Below are positions 1-8,600 of a stretch of DNA of 32,000 bases, one piece after another; the stretch's first letter is position 1; the number at the start of each line of letters is the position of its first letter. Under the pieces are notes generated by a model, which was given only the letters and a program-made list of their open reading frames with translations, was not told the DNA's origin and made no database searches. The DNA lies in contig JBHLMI010000003.1 in the NCBI GenBank assembly GCA_048938295.1, positions 1 through 32,000 on the forward strand, given 5' to 3'. The DNA is from Promethearchaeota archaeon. Its GTDB lineage: Archaea; Asgardarchaeota; Hermodarchaeia; Hermodarchaeales; Hermodarchaeaceae. Position numbers and translations under genes: made by a program.

Positions 1-143
1 TGAAAGAGGCATTCATTTGGGCTGCTGTGAAGGATAGTCGATCTGAAACCCCATGGTATAACGATAACGGAGACGGGGCCGGGTATAACGTTCTCCAGGT
101 TGTATATGGCGGCGCCTCATATGGTGATACCGTCTTTCTTTGA
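1..143 (+). CDS. 3' end of a gene entering from the left edge; possibly an extracellular C13/caspase-like peptidase-domain protein
   Basis: Frame 3 is open from the edge to TGA at 141-143 (KEAFIWAAVKDSRSETPWYNDNGDGAGYNVLQVVYGGASYGDTVFL*) and is followed by a hairpin. The family is only a recollection of the EAF..A..D...P.Y.DNGDG pattern. Confidence 0.5.
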   Translation, partial: KEAFIWAAVKDSRSETPWYNDNGDGAGYNVLQVVYGGASYGDTVFL

Positions 144-154
144 TGCAATTGAAG

Positions 155-180
155 GGTGGAGTGGACTGAAACACTCCACC
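155..180 (+). terminator. Hairpin downstream of the edge gene
   Basis: Perfect 9-bp inverted repeat GGTGGAGTG (155-163) / CACTCCACC (172-180) with an 8-nt loop, followed by a pyrimidine/T-rich stretch. Confidence 0.5.
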
Positions 181-229
181 TCCATCATTTTCTTGTTCCA
201 TAAAAAATAACGAAGGTTCTCACACAATC

Positions 230-260
230 TGGATCTCCGAAACGCTTTTACTCACAAAAT
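230..260 (+). repeat. Array repeat copy: left arm type L1 + core TACTCACAAA (249-258)
   Basis: TGGATCTCCGAAACGCTTTTACTCACAAAAT is 27/31 identical to 14693-14723. Confidence 0.85.
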
Positions 261-459
261 AGGCTTCGTACCATCTCGCTGCTTCTAATAATAATCGAGT
301 TGAACTCCTCGGATAAAGAAGCCCTCTTTGCTCTTCAGACGCTTCCACGTGCTAGAAATGGAGTTTCGGCATTTATCGCAAGTTCAGATGATATAAGGCG
401 TTCCATTATCTTCCTTTTGACTGACTGAATGCATCATTAGGAATATGGATTCACTTTTG

Positions 460-474
460 AACTCAGGTTGAGTT
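460..474. promoter_or_regulatory. Candidate operator palindrome upstream of merA
   Basis: AACTCA-GGT-TGAGTT, 31 bp before the merA ATG. Confidence 0.35.
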
Positions 475-505
475 GTGGTGTCTTAAACTAGGGTGTGCTT
501 GATAA

Positions 506-1897
506 ATGTACGATTTGGTCATCTTAGGTGCAGGTTCAGCTGGTTTTGCTGCAGCAATAAAGGCATCAGAACTTGGAAAACAGTTTGCACTAATTGAACG
601 CGGTGCCCTTGGTGGAACCTGCGTGAATGTGGGATGTGTACCTACTAAATTTCTTCTCCGTGTGAGTGACTTTTATTATTCCATTCGGGATTATTCATTC
701 CGAGGTGTCAACGGGGGCAGCCCCGTATTAGATTTCGTTCAAGTAATGGACAAGAAAGATGAACTAGTGCAATTCATGAGAAAAAACAAATATGAAGATG
801 TCCTGAACCATCTATCTGGGGGTACCCTATTTCACGGTGAGGGTTCGTTCATCTCGAGAAATGAAGTGAAAGTCGGTGAACAGGTTCTTAGAGCGAAGAA
901 ATTCCTCATTGCCACAGGAGCCTCACCACACATCATCAGCATTAAAGGGATACAAAAGGCAAAACCGCTAACAAGTACTACGGCATTAGAACTGCAGCAG
1001 CTACCAGAATCCATGATTGTGATTGGAGGGCGTGCCTTAGGACTTGAATTTGCTCAATTATTTGCGCGATTGGGGACTAAAGTAACCATCCTGCAACGGA
1101 GTTCCCGTATACTCCCTGCTGATGAACCGGAAATCACACAGGTACTCACCGACATTCTACGCGATGAGGGTATCCAAATTCTCACAGGTGTAAAAATACT
1201 AGAGGTAATTAAGAAAGGCAAGTCCAGTATTGTGAAGTTTCGTATGGGTAGCAAGGATAGGGATATTGAAGCCGAACAGCTGCTAATGGCAACTGGGCGT
1301 AAGGCAAACATTGAACATCTGGGTTTGAAAAATGCTAGGGTAGAAACTGAGAAGGGATTCGTGAAGACAAACGAGTTCCTGCAAACCTCGAATCCCGATA
1401 TCTATGCGGCAGGCGATTGTGCCTCACAAGTAATGCTTGAACCACTAGCGGCAAAAATGGGAAATCTGGCAGTAAGGAATGCCTTTGAGAATGCACGGTT
1501 ATCAGTGAATTGGAAGACGATTCCCAGCGTTGTGTTTACGAATCCCCAGGTTGCTAGGGTTGGTTTTACTGATGAAGAGTACTCATGCATAATGCAAATG
1601 TGTACGTGCAGAACTATCCCATTAGCGCTGCTGCCAAAGGCACATATCATCGATGATACCCGTGGCGTTATCAAAATGGTAACTGACTCGCGAACACTGA
1701 AGATCGTCGGCGTTCACATTGTTTCTTCCGAGGCGATGGAGATGATACACGAAGCCACGCTAGCTGTCAAGTTTGGCTTAACCGTTGATGACATCATTGA
1801 AACAGTACACGTTTTCCCCACTATGTCTGAAGCCATAAAATTAGTCGCTCAATCTTTCAGAAAGGATGTTACAAAACTGAGTTGCTGTTCAGAATAA
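506..1897 (+). CDS. merA: Mercuric reductase, short form without the N-terminal metal-binding domain
   Basis: GAGSAG FAD motif, redox centre GGTCVNVGCVPTK, and C-terminal vicinal cysteines in DVTKLSCCSE, which is diagnostic of MerA among class I pyridine nucleotide-disulfide oxidoreductases. Confidence 0.85.
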   Translation: MYDLVILGAGSAGFAAAIKASELGKQFALIERGALGGTCVNVGCVPTKFLLRVSDFYYSIRDYSFRGVNGGSPVLDFVQVMDKKDELVQFMRKNKYEDVLNHLSGGTLFHGEGSFISRNEVKVGEQVLRAKKFLIATGASPHIISIKGIQKAKPLTSTTALELQQLPESMIVIGGRALGLEFAQLFARLGTKVTILQRSSRILPADEPEITQVLTDILRDEGIQILTGVKILEVIKKGKSSIVKFRMGSKDRDIEAEQLLMATGRKANIEHLGLKNARVETEKGFVKTNEFLQTSNPDIYAAGDCASQVMLEPLAAKMGNLAVRNAFENARLSVNWKTIPSVVFTNPQVARVGFTDEEYSCIMQMCTCRTIPLALLPKAHIIDDTRGVIKMVTDSRTLKIVGVHIVSSEAMEMIHEATLAVKFGLTVDDIIETVHVFPTMSEAIKLVAQSFRKDVTKLSCCSE

Positions 1898-1956
1898 CAG
1901 CAAAGGATAGGCTGTTTCTGAGTGTGAATTATAGCACGTATTAGAAACACTAACAT

Positions 1957-1989
1957 TTTTACTCACAAACCCAAGCCTTACTGAACTTT
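1957..1989 (+). repeat. Array repeat copy: core + right arm R1
   Basis: TTTTACTCACAAACCCAAGCCTTACTGAACTTT is 33/33 identical to 13399-13431. Confidence 0.95.
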
Positions 1990-2048
1990 ATTCTTCGATT
2001 CTAAATTACATCTGTCAATTGTAAGTAAATATTCGAAAATTTGTCTGT

Positions 2049-2489
2049 TTAAAGCAATGATTTGGTTTTGTCAGGAAATCCTTTGTATTCAATAACGCCG
2101 AGTTGTTGATAGAAATCCATCAAATCAAAAACCTGCGTTACCTTTTCGATGACTTTCCCATTAGCAATCCGATAAACGACTATACCTGTCGAGGTGAATT
2201 TCTTACCGGTGGGAGCTAGTCCGTGATATTCTCCAGTGTGGGTTCCCGTACTTTTAATCTGAAACCATACAGTATCCCCATCCGCGGTGATGTGGGTAAT
2301 TGTCCGTTGGACATCAGGAAACCCCTTGTATATCGTTTTTTCCATTTTTTTGTAAGCGTCTCTTCCCTGCAATTTCATTGGATGATCTACAAAATCAGGG
2401 GCGATAATTTCATCGATTAGAGTTTCATCCTTGGTATTGAAGGCTTTGGCTAATTTCTGAACAAGCGCTTTGTTCGCCTCTATAGACAT
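2049..2489 (-). CDS. SnoaL-like ester cyclase family protein (NTF2 fold)
   Basis: EANKALV start, FPD..TI..I.ADGD.VW and GTHTGEYHGLAPTGKK are typical of the family. Confidence 0.85.
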   Translation of the reverse strand: MSIEANKALVQKLAKAFNTKDETLIDEIIAPDFVDHPMKLQGRDAYKKMEKTIYKGFPDVQRTITHITADGDTVWFQIKSTGTHTGEYHGLAPTGKKFTSTGIVVYRIANGKVIEKVTQVFDLMDFYQQLGVIEYKGFPDKTKSLL

Positions 2490-2598
2490 TGGACATCATA
2501 CTCCGAGTGTAAACCTGTTCAACATGTGAAATGAACCCATTGGATTTTAAAGGTATCAATTTACTAGCGGTTATTCTAGTTTAGATGGAGTTGATGTC

Positions 2599-3018
2599 TT
2601 GCTGAATGAAACGAGCCCAGAAAAGAACGCGTTGTTGAAAACAATTGCAGATCTTGATCGAACCTTTTCCGAAAATCGTACTGAGGGCATGGGTAAGTTC
2701 TTTGCCCCGAATGCGTGGCTCATGTTTCCCAATATGGAAGACATCTTAGGTCGAGAATCAATTCAACAAACGTTTGCTAGCTTAATGGCAGAATATTCAA
2801 CGGATTCATTTCACCCAAACCGGGAATTGATCGACATCTATGGGCACAGGGCATGCACTTTGGGAAGTTTCATAGAAATACGCACACCCCTCAAAGAGGG
2901 GCCGAAAGAGAAGATATACGGACGTCTTCTGGAAATCTGGCAACGCTCCTCTAAGGGCAACTGGGAGATAATCCGTTTCATGACTGGAAGGTATTCTGAT
3001 TTGGAACTTATTGAATAA
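2599..3018 (+). CDS. DUF4440/YybH-like NTF2-fold protein
   Basis: 139 aa; FFAPNA..MFPN...I.GRESI and GRLLEIWQR...GNWEI patterns. Confidence 0.7.
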   Translation: MLNETSPEKNALLKTIADLDRTFSENRTEGMGKFFAPNAWLMFPNMEDILGRESIQQTFASLMAEYSTDSFHPNRELIDIYGHRACTLGSFIEIRTPLKEGPKEKIYGRLLEIWQRSSKGNWEIIRFMTGRYSDLELIE

Positions 3019-3021
3019 CTG

Positions 3022-3077
3022 GTTGTACGACCGAGGCCTTTTTACTCACAAACCCAAGCCTAACTGAACCTTTTTTT
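3022..3077 (+). repeat. Array repeat copy: left arm L2 + core (3043-3052) + R1
   Basis: 3022-3068 is 41/47 identical to 7686-7732. Confidence 0.95.
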
Positions 3078-3931
3078 CACATAGGTTTTGTCGTACCAGA
3101 TGTTAATAAGATGATAATGATTGCAGCAAATAGAAGTGAATCTATCAGGATTTCGAACAGCCCATGAATGATTCGAAGTAAAACGGGAAATGCTGGATTT
3201 GGCAAAAACATCGTGATGCTTGGCAAGTAGAGTGCAAACGCAAGCAGCAGGTATAGTTCTTTGGTTTCTACTTTGAGTGATACGAGAATAGGTAACAAGG
3301 CTAGAATGTAAAGAAATCCTCGTGATATCTCTACAACAAGGATCACCCATACTGGAGGAATTCTAAGCCCCGTCCCCATATCCAGGTAGAAGGGAAGAAC
3401 AATCGGGCTAATGAGGGTGCCGATGCCATAATAAATCACTAAATACAGGACTGCGGTCAACACAAACCGCCAGAGCCAGTCATACCACGGGCGTCCAGCG
3501 AAGTAACTTCTAATTTCAGTTCGTAACGAGCTATCTGTCGTATTGGGTGGAAACATAAAGGCAATGAAAAGGGCGTGTAGGAAACTGATAAGAAGCCCAA
3601 ACATCGCTGCTGCGAGAAGCAATGCTTCAGTTAAAATCGTGGTGAATAGGTAGCCTTCAATCATGGTGGTAAACCATTGAATGATGAAGAGCAGAAACCA
3701 ACCAACCCCAATACGCACCAAACGAGAATAATACAAATGTGAGAAAATTAAGCCAAATACGAAACCAATAGCAGTACCAATGACAAAATCGATGATCACT
3801 TGGTGTGGAAGAAAGGGACCTGCCATCGTTAGTGTCAGGTCTGTCAGGACAAACAACACCGCAAAGACAATCACTCGAAGCAGGAAACTCGTATCTAAGG
3901 TTGCTTTTAGCTCCATTACCCTAACATCCAA
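3077..3931 (-). CDS. Multi-pass membrane protein of unknown function (start may be ATG at 3916)
   Basis: 284-aa ORF with about 8 hydrophobic segments; its stop abuts the repeat at 3077. Confidence 0.75.
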   Translation of the reverse strand: MDVRVMELKATLDTSFLLRVIVFAVLFVLTDLTLTMAGPFLPHQVIIDFVIGTAIGFVFGLIFSHLYYSRLVRIGVGWFLLFIIQWFTTMIEGYLFTTILTEALLLAAAMFGLLISFLHALFIAFMFPPNTTDSSLRTEIRSYFAGRPWYDWLWRFVLTAVLYLVIYYGIGTLISPIVLPFYLDMGTGLRIPPVWVILVVEISRGFLYILALLPILVSLKVETKELYLLLAFALYLPSITMFLPNPAFPVLLRIIHGLFEILIDSLLFAAIIIILLTSGTTKPM

Positions 3932-4014
3932 TAGATTGAACGCTTATAGTCGAATGAACTTGAATAAAAGATGCTCGAATAATAATTCTAGGGATAACTA
4001 TTTGGTTTTTTCAT

Positions 4015-4054
4015 AACGCTTTTTATTCACAGAATCTGGAAACGCTCACATTAT
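4015..4054 (+). repeat. Variant-type array repeat (type B), copy 1
   Basis: TCACAGAATCTGGAAACGCTCACATTAT (4027-4054) is 26/28 identical to 4550-4577. The preceding AACGCTTTTTATTCACAGAAT resembles AACGCTTTTACTCACAAAAT at 241-260. Confidence 0.8.
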
Positions 4055-4174
4055 ATAGCGAAGGGTTTCTACAGGAAAAAGAATATTGTATCTAGTTACT
4101 TGTGAAGGATCTATGTAATATTATTGGTAAACATATTGAAAGAATTGGATGAGCAAAATTCTCAACTTAGACTT

Positions 4175-4297
4175 CTAATTTGTACCCATTCGTTGCTTTT
4201 GGGTCCATTTCCATTTTTGCTTTCGTGCTCTCTCGTCTTCTTCTTCAACTACTCTTTTCTTATCCGATTCTGTTTTTTTATCTTTTTTATCGGTCAT
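4175..4297 (-). CDS. 40-aa highly charged small protein, below the ORF-track cutoff
   Basis: MTDKKDKKTESDKKRVVEEEDERARKQKWKWTQKQRMGTN*. RBS-like GTGAGG precedes the ATG and a TATA-like TTATATTA lies on the minus strand at 4338-4345. Confidence 0.55.
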   Translation of the reverse strand: MTDKKDKKTESDKKRVVEEEDERARKQKWKWTQKQRMGTN

Positions 4298-4535
4298 TGT
4301 ATCAATTCCTCACTTTTATGGGGTCGACCATAAACGCTAATATAAGTATGTCTCATTGCCGATTTGAAATAGGATTTTATTTATTATCAAGAACATTTCT
4401 CCTTGGTTTTACGGAATTAAAATCACAATCGAATGCCCGTATGATATTAGTAGCATTTTTATTCAGTAAATGCGAGTGTTTCCCTATACTTTCTTTTATT
4501 TAGTTCAAAGACTGTTTATGTTCAGATTTTAGCGA

Positions 4536-4577
4536 AACGCTAATATTGCTCACAGAATTAGGAAACGCTCACATTAT
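4536..4577 (+). repeat. Variant-type array repeat (type B), copy 2
   Basis: AACGCTAATATTGCTCACAGAATTAGGAAACGCTCACATTAT; see the copy at 4015-4054. Confidence 0.8.
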
Positions 4578-4677
4578 CTGGAATAGAATATTATGACATT
4601 TTTAGGCCAGTAAATTGCCTTTTGATAGATGTTTGGGGTTAAAGCTTGGGATCCTTAACCACGCCAACTACATTTTT

Positions 4678-5064
4678 TTAAAAGGAATAACGTCTGTATC
4701 TCGAGGTAGCGGTTACAGGTTTTCCGGTTGCCATTTCGAAACCTCGAGAACCCAATTTTGCTACCCAAGACCATATCGTTAGAAACGCATCTTGAGCAGG
4801 TGTTTCTTTTATGTTTGAGCCGATGCCGATTTCTGGGTTTTTCAGGATGCGTTTAATTTGATCAGAGCGGATGGGTTTGGTCTGTTGTTGAAACCAGTTG
4901 TCAATGAGGTGGAAGCGATCGTATGATCGGGGCATGGTGCGGTTTGGGTTATTGTAGGGCTGCATGGAAGGCGAAAAGAAGTGGTTGGTGATTATTCCAA
5001 TCCCGTCTTGTGGATAATGAACAGAGATATTCTGTTGAGCTGCTTCAATTATGGCAATGTCTAG
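4678..5064 (-). pseudogene. 5'-truncated C45/acyl-CoA:6-APA acyltransferase-like (Ntn-hydrolase) C-terminal fragment
   Basis: The frame is open from 5064 with no proper start: DIAIIEA...TNHF...SYDRF...TIWSWVAKL...MATGKP...SRY, matching the C-terminal half of C45 peptidases as I recall them. Confidence 0.55.
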
Positions 5065-5210
5065 TTATTTGTAGATATCCATGTGATCTAATTCTTATCC
5101 AACCTTTTCTTTGAACTTACCATCAACAATGTCTTAAACGAAAAAGACCAGTGAAAGAATTTTTCCACTTGCAAGGTCCATCCATAGCATTCGTCAATGA
5201 GTATTCATTG
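5056..5210 (-). pseudogene. Decayed paralogue of the SnoaL-like gene at 2049-2489
   Basis: IVDGKFKEKVG*ELDHMDIYK*LDI aligns ungapped to IANGKVIEKVTQVFDLMDFYQQLGV with 11/25 identities. Both TAA stops (5065-5067, 5095-5097) sit at Gln positions; frameshifts lie further upstream. Confidence 0.75.
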
Positions 5211-5279
5211 CCCTTAAGTAGAATGTTGGGGTATTCTATTAAAGTACATGCAAGCCATTGAATAAGGAAGGTTTTACGA

Positions 5280-6299
5280 ATGTCTTCTTCAAAGATTTTG
5301 GGATACGCAGCGAGTGCAGTGGGACAAGAACTCGAGCCATTCACCTACGAGCCACCCAAACTGGGGGATCATGATGTCCGGGTCTCGGTAACACACTGCG
5401 GTTTGTGCCATTCTGATATTCAGGCCGTCGACGACTACTACGGAATAACCACGTTTCCCTTTGTCCCCGGTCATGAGATCGTCGGGTATGTGTCGGATGT
5501 GGGCGGTGCGGTATCCGGTCTGAAGGAAGGTGACCGGGTCGGCATCGGATGGCAAGGGCGTTCGTGCATGCAATGTGAATGGTGCGTGCAAGGCGAAGAG
5601 CAACTCTGCATGGACATTGTCAAATCCGGGACATGGGTTCCATATGGGGGCTTCTCGTCCTCTGTTCTTGTTGATAGCCGTTTTGCCTACCCACTGCCTG
5701 ACGCCATGCCCTCTGAGGTAGGCGCGGTGCTCATGTGCGCCGGAATAGCAGTATACTCCCCACTTCGATCGTACGCAACGCGACCCATGCAGAAAATTGG
5801 CATCATCGGCGTGGGAGGGCTAGGCCACCTTGCATTACAGTTCGCTCACGCTCTGGACTATGAAGTAACCGCCTTTTCCTCCTCTCCTAAGAAGAGAGAA
5901 CAGGCGTTTGCCTTTGGTGCGGATCACTTCATCGTTTTAGACGACCAGACCAACTTGCAGCAGTTTGAGTTCAGCTTCGACTTGCTACTATGCACCTCCA
6001 CTGGCAAAATCAACTGGGAGCCCCTGTTGAGCTCCTTGAAGAAAAAAGGAAAACTGGTCCTTGTTGGCTTTCCAGAGTTAGCGCTCAATCCAACTGACCT
6101 CGTAGCACACCAGCTGTCGATCACTGGTTCGTTCCTTGGCAATCGAGCCACAATGCGTGAGATGCTATCCTTTTCACAGATGCACAGCATCGCGCCTAAG
6201 TTGGAGTTAATGCCTATGACTGAAGTAAACAAAGCGATTCGGAAGGTGAGAAAGAACAAAGCACGCTACCGAATCGTCCTAGTCAACGACATTGGCTAA
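5280..6299 (+). CDS. Zn-dependent NAD(P) alcohol dehydrogenase (cinnamyl alcohol dehydrogenase/Ahr-like)
   Basis: CGLCHSD, GHE, structural Zn CxxCxxCxxxxxxxC, GVGGLG Rossmann motif and C-terminal ARYRIVL. Confidence 0.92.
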   Translation: MSSSKILGYAASAVGQELEPFTYEPPKLGDHDVRVSVTHCGLCHSDIQAVDDYYGITTFPFVPGHEIVGYVSDVGGAVSGLKEGDRVGIGWQGRSCMQCEWCVQGEEQLCMDIVKSGTWVPYGGFSSSVLVDSRFAYPLPDAMPSEVGAVLMCAGIAVYSPLRSYATRPMQKIGIIGVGGLGHLALQFAHALDYEVTAFSSSPKKREQAFAFGADHFIVLDDQTNLQQFEFSFDLLLCTSTGKINWEPLLSSLKKKGKLVLVGFPELALNPTDLVAHQLSITGSFLGNRATMREMLSFSQMHSIAPKLELMPMTEVNKAIRKVRKNKARYRIVLVNDIG

Positions 6300-6310
6300 G
6301 TGGAAGCCTA

Positions 6311-6360
6311 AACATCCGATACGCTTCTACTCACAAATCCAAGCCTTACCTATTTTTTTT
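6311..6360 (+). repeat. Array repeat copy: L1 + core (6328-6337) + R1-like arm
   Basis: AACATCCGATACGCTTCTACTCACAAATCCAAGCCTTACCTATTTTTTTT. Confidence 0.9.
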
Positions 6361-6588
6361 AAAAAAATGGAGAAGTAACTTGAAAAATCGGTTTACGGAT
6401 CGATTTCTCAAAAATTCATGGCGTGGATAGGCCCACTACAATTGTTCTCATTACTTTGTAGGCGTCATTCTTTTTGCAAATGGTTGACAGGGAATGATTG
6501 CCTCATTCAAAAATAATTAAACAAAATTGGACAAAATCAATGCGCCGTATGCGATCCTTAAAGCATACGCCATTGGAGGTTTTACTTA

Positions 6589-7542
6589 GTGAAGCACTTG
6601 TTTCAATATTGGCGCCATCTACGCACAGTTAGTGCTTTATATGAGGAAGGGAAGTATCAAGAAACTATAGATTTTCTAAAAGAAGTAGCTACAGACTTTC
6701 CTGACTTCAAACCTGAAATTTATTACACTCAGATGGCGGCAGCAATAAAACTCGACAAATACGACCTGTTCTTCGAGTTACTCAACGAGATCCTAGATGC
6801 TGGCGGCTGGTATTCTGAAACCATTTTGCGTGAAAGCCCCGCCTTCAAACCCCTACAAGGCATGTCTGAATTTGAAAGACTCGTCCCCATCAACGTAGAA
6901 CGTGCCAATCAAGCATCAAAGCACCATACTAACTTTACCATGTTCCCAGAAACCACCAGCGCTTCTATGCCCCTAATGCTAGCTCTCCACGCCCAAGCCA
7001 GCGTCATCAACGAAGAATACCAGGCATGGAAAACAGTCGGTGACCACGGCTACATACTTGGAATGCCCCAAACCATTAACAGGTACTGGTCAGGAATCGC
7101 TACTGGGTACTGGCCAGACTATGAAACATCAATTCACCAAATCAAAGCCTTTGTCGATACAATCAACCTAAACAAAACACTTGACCTAGAACACTCTATT
7201 GCTGGCGGGCTTTCAATGGGAGGTGATCTCGCCATCAGGCTCGCACTCACAGGAACAATACCTGTATGTGGCTTCATCGCTGTTTCCCCCGGTGGTCCAT
7301 GGATGAACGAACCTGAAAAATGGAAACCCCTAATAGACGATGTCAGACGTCACGACATCAAAGGCATCATCATCCGTGGCAAAGAAGACCAAGCAATCCC
7401 GCGAAAATACACCCAAACACTCACGAACATGTTCAACAATAGCGGTATCCCATGCCAATTCCTCGAATATCCAAAACTCGGTCACTGGTACCCTCCCAAC
7501 TTCGCTGACACCATAGCGAATTTCATAAACAATATTAAATAA
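6589..7542 (+). CDS. Alpha/beta hydrolase (phospholipase/carboxylesterase-like) with a helical TPR-like N-terminus
   Basis: Nucleophile elbow GLSMGG, EDQAI and LGHWYP near the C-terminus; RBS GGAGG before the GTG start. Confidence 0.75.
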   Translation: MKHLFQYWRHLRTVSALYEEGKYQETIDFLKEVATDFPDFKPEIYYTQMAAAIKLDKYDLFFELLNEILDAGGWYSETILRESPAFKPLQGMSEFERLVPINVERANQASKHHTNFTMFPETTSASMPLMLALHAQASVINEEYQAWKTVGDHGYILGMPQTINRYWSGIATGYWPDYETSIHQIKAFVDTINLNKTLDLEHSIAGGLSMGGDLAIRLALTGTIPVCGFIAVSPGGPWMNEPEKWKPLIDDVRRHDIKGIIIRGKEDQAIPRKYTQTLTNMFNNSGIPCQFLEYPKLGHWYPPNFADTIANFINNIK

Positions 7543-7685
7543 CCACTTTCCCAAGCAAGCACAAAAAGAGTTTTTTTCTTTCACCCACAATACCCGCGTG
7601 ATCAGCAACGCCTTTGCCCCTATTTACCTCTGTTAGTTGACGGCTATAATTGGTGAGTCCACAAGTTCTGGATATCCAATCAATC

Positions 7686-7738
7686 GTTGTACGACCGACG
7701 CCTATTTACTCACAAAGCCAAGCCATACCGAATTTTTT
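7686..7738 (+). repeat. Array repeat copy: L2 + core (7707-7716) + R1-like arm
   Basis: 41/47 identical to 3022-3068. An L1-like TCTGGATATCC also lies just upstream (~7667-7677). Confidence 0.92.
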
Positions 7739-7816
7739 CTTTTTTCATTCATAGTCAAGGATTTTAAACCGTATTGCCACTTAATGCAAAAATTAGGTTA
7801 AATCCAAAAAAAGGAG

Positions 7817-8182
7817 ATGACAAATAAATTGAGCAATACTGAAACTTCGTTAATGCTGGTAAAGGTTGGCACTTGGCTGCAGATTCCATTCTCATTCTTT
7901 ATAATCGCTATTATGGTCTGGCTGTATTGGCTTCTTTGGCCGATTTTGATTGATCCAATATTTTGGGTAGCTTTTGGAGGATGGACAATGGCCCTCCTAG
8001 GGTTTGAAATCTTTGCAGGTATATTTGGACTAGGTCTCGCAATTCTTTGGTTTCGATGGCGACACGATATACCAAACCACAAGCAGGCCTTGGTAAAGAC
8101 CGGAATTGTCGGTATGATTTTCACAGGAACGGTCCCCGGCTTACTTGTGCTAATTGGGGCCGTCATCCACCCAACGAAGTAA
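7817..8182 (+). CDS. Small membrane protein of unknown function
   Basis: 121 aa with 3 hydrophobic segments; GGAG directly before the ATG. Confidence 0.7.
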   Translation: MTNKLSNTETSLMLVKVGTWLQIPFSFFIIAIMVWLYWLLWPILIDPIFWVAFGGWTMALLGFEIFAGIFGLGLAILWFRWRHDIPNHKQALVKTGIVGMIFTGTVPGLLVLIGAVIHPTK

Positions 8183-8249
8183 AAGCGAAACCACTTTATG
8201 ATAATGCACAAAAGTCTAGGCGGATACAAAATTATTGAGGATATGAGTT

Positions 8250-8456
8250 ATGCCAGTTGTTCACGTCCATGTATGGAAAGGATTCTCGGAAGAAAAGATT
8301 AATGAGATAATTACGGGAATAACGAATGTATTTATCAAACTCGGTATCCCCTCACGTGCAGTAGAAGTAATTATTCATGAAATCCCCAAAACACATTGGG
8401 GAGTTGATGGCAAACCAGCAACACAATCGCTGAAGGATTGGCACCCACCTGAATGA
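8250..8456 (+). CDS. 4-oxalocrotonate tautomerase family protein
   Basis: 68 aa with catalytic Pro after Met (MPVVHV), V.VIIHEIPKTHWGVDG motif, and RBS GAGG. Confidence 0.88.
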   Translation: MPVVHVHVWKGFSEEKINEIITGITNVFIKLGIPSRAVEVIIHEIPKTHWGVDGKPATQSLKDWHPPE

Positions 8457-8549
8457 CCTTTTTTTGTCACTACTCGTAACTCACCTTTGCTCACAAACAC
8501 CATTACATAGTGATGTCTACTCAATGAATTAACCATTTCCCAACTTGTG

Positions 8550-8600
8550 AACACCTGATATGCTGTTACTCTCAAACCTAAACATTAATGGAATTTTATT
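8550..8600 (+). repeat. Degenerate array repeat copy (L1-like + core TACTCTCAAA + R1-like); a partial core also lies at 8486-8500
   Basis: 8566-8600 aligns to 1959-1992 at 28/35 (one gap). Left arm AACACCTGATATGCTG resembles AACATCCGATACGCTT at 6311. Confidence 0.7.

Noticed and set aside
13-201. 62-aa minus-strand ORF
   Set aside because: It lies opposite a more protein-like + frame (1-143) and spans that gene's terminator hairpin.
1957-1989. The repeat as an intrinsic terminator or shared promoter
   Set aside because: It has no stable hairpin, and its orientation is fixed on + regardless of the direction of neighbouring genes.
3056-3064. GCCTAAC (GTTAGGC on the minus strand) in the 3043 repeat copy matches the integron attC core GTTRRRY
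   Set aside because: Other copies read GCCTTAC or GCCATAC, so the essential GTT is not conserved, and I found no partner inverse core or long imperfect hairpin. These are not canonical attC sites.
4124-4503. Plus-strand ORFs 4124-4333 and 4180-4503
   Set aside because: F/L-rich shadows of the purine-rich minus-strand 40-aa ORF, with no RBS.
5123-5344. 73-aa minus-strand ORF
   Set aside because: It starts inside the ADH gene, and only its tail overlaps a shifted frame of the SnoaL pseudogene.
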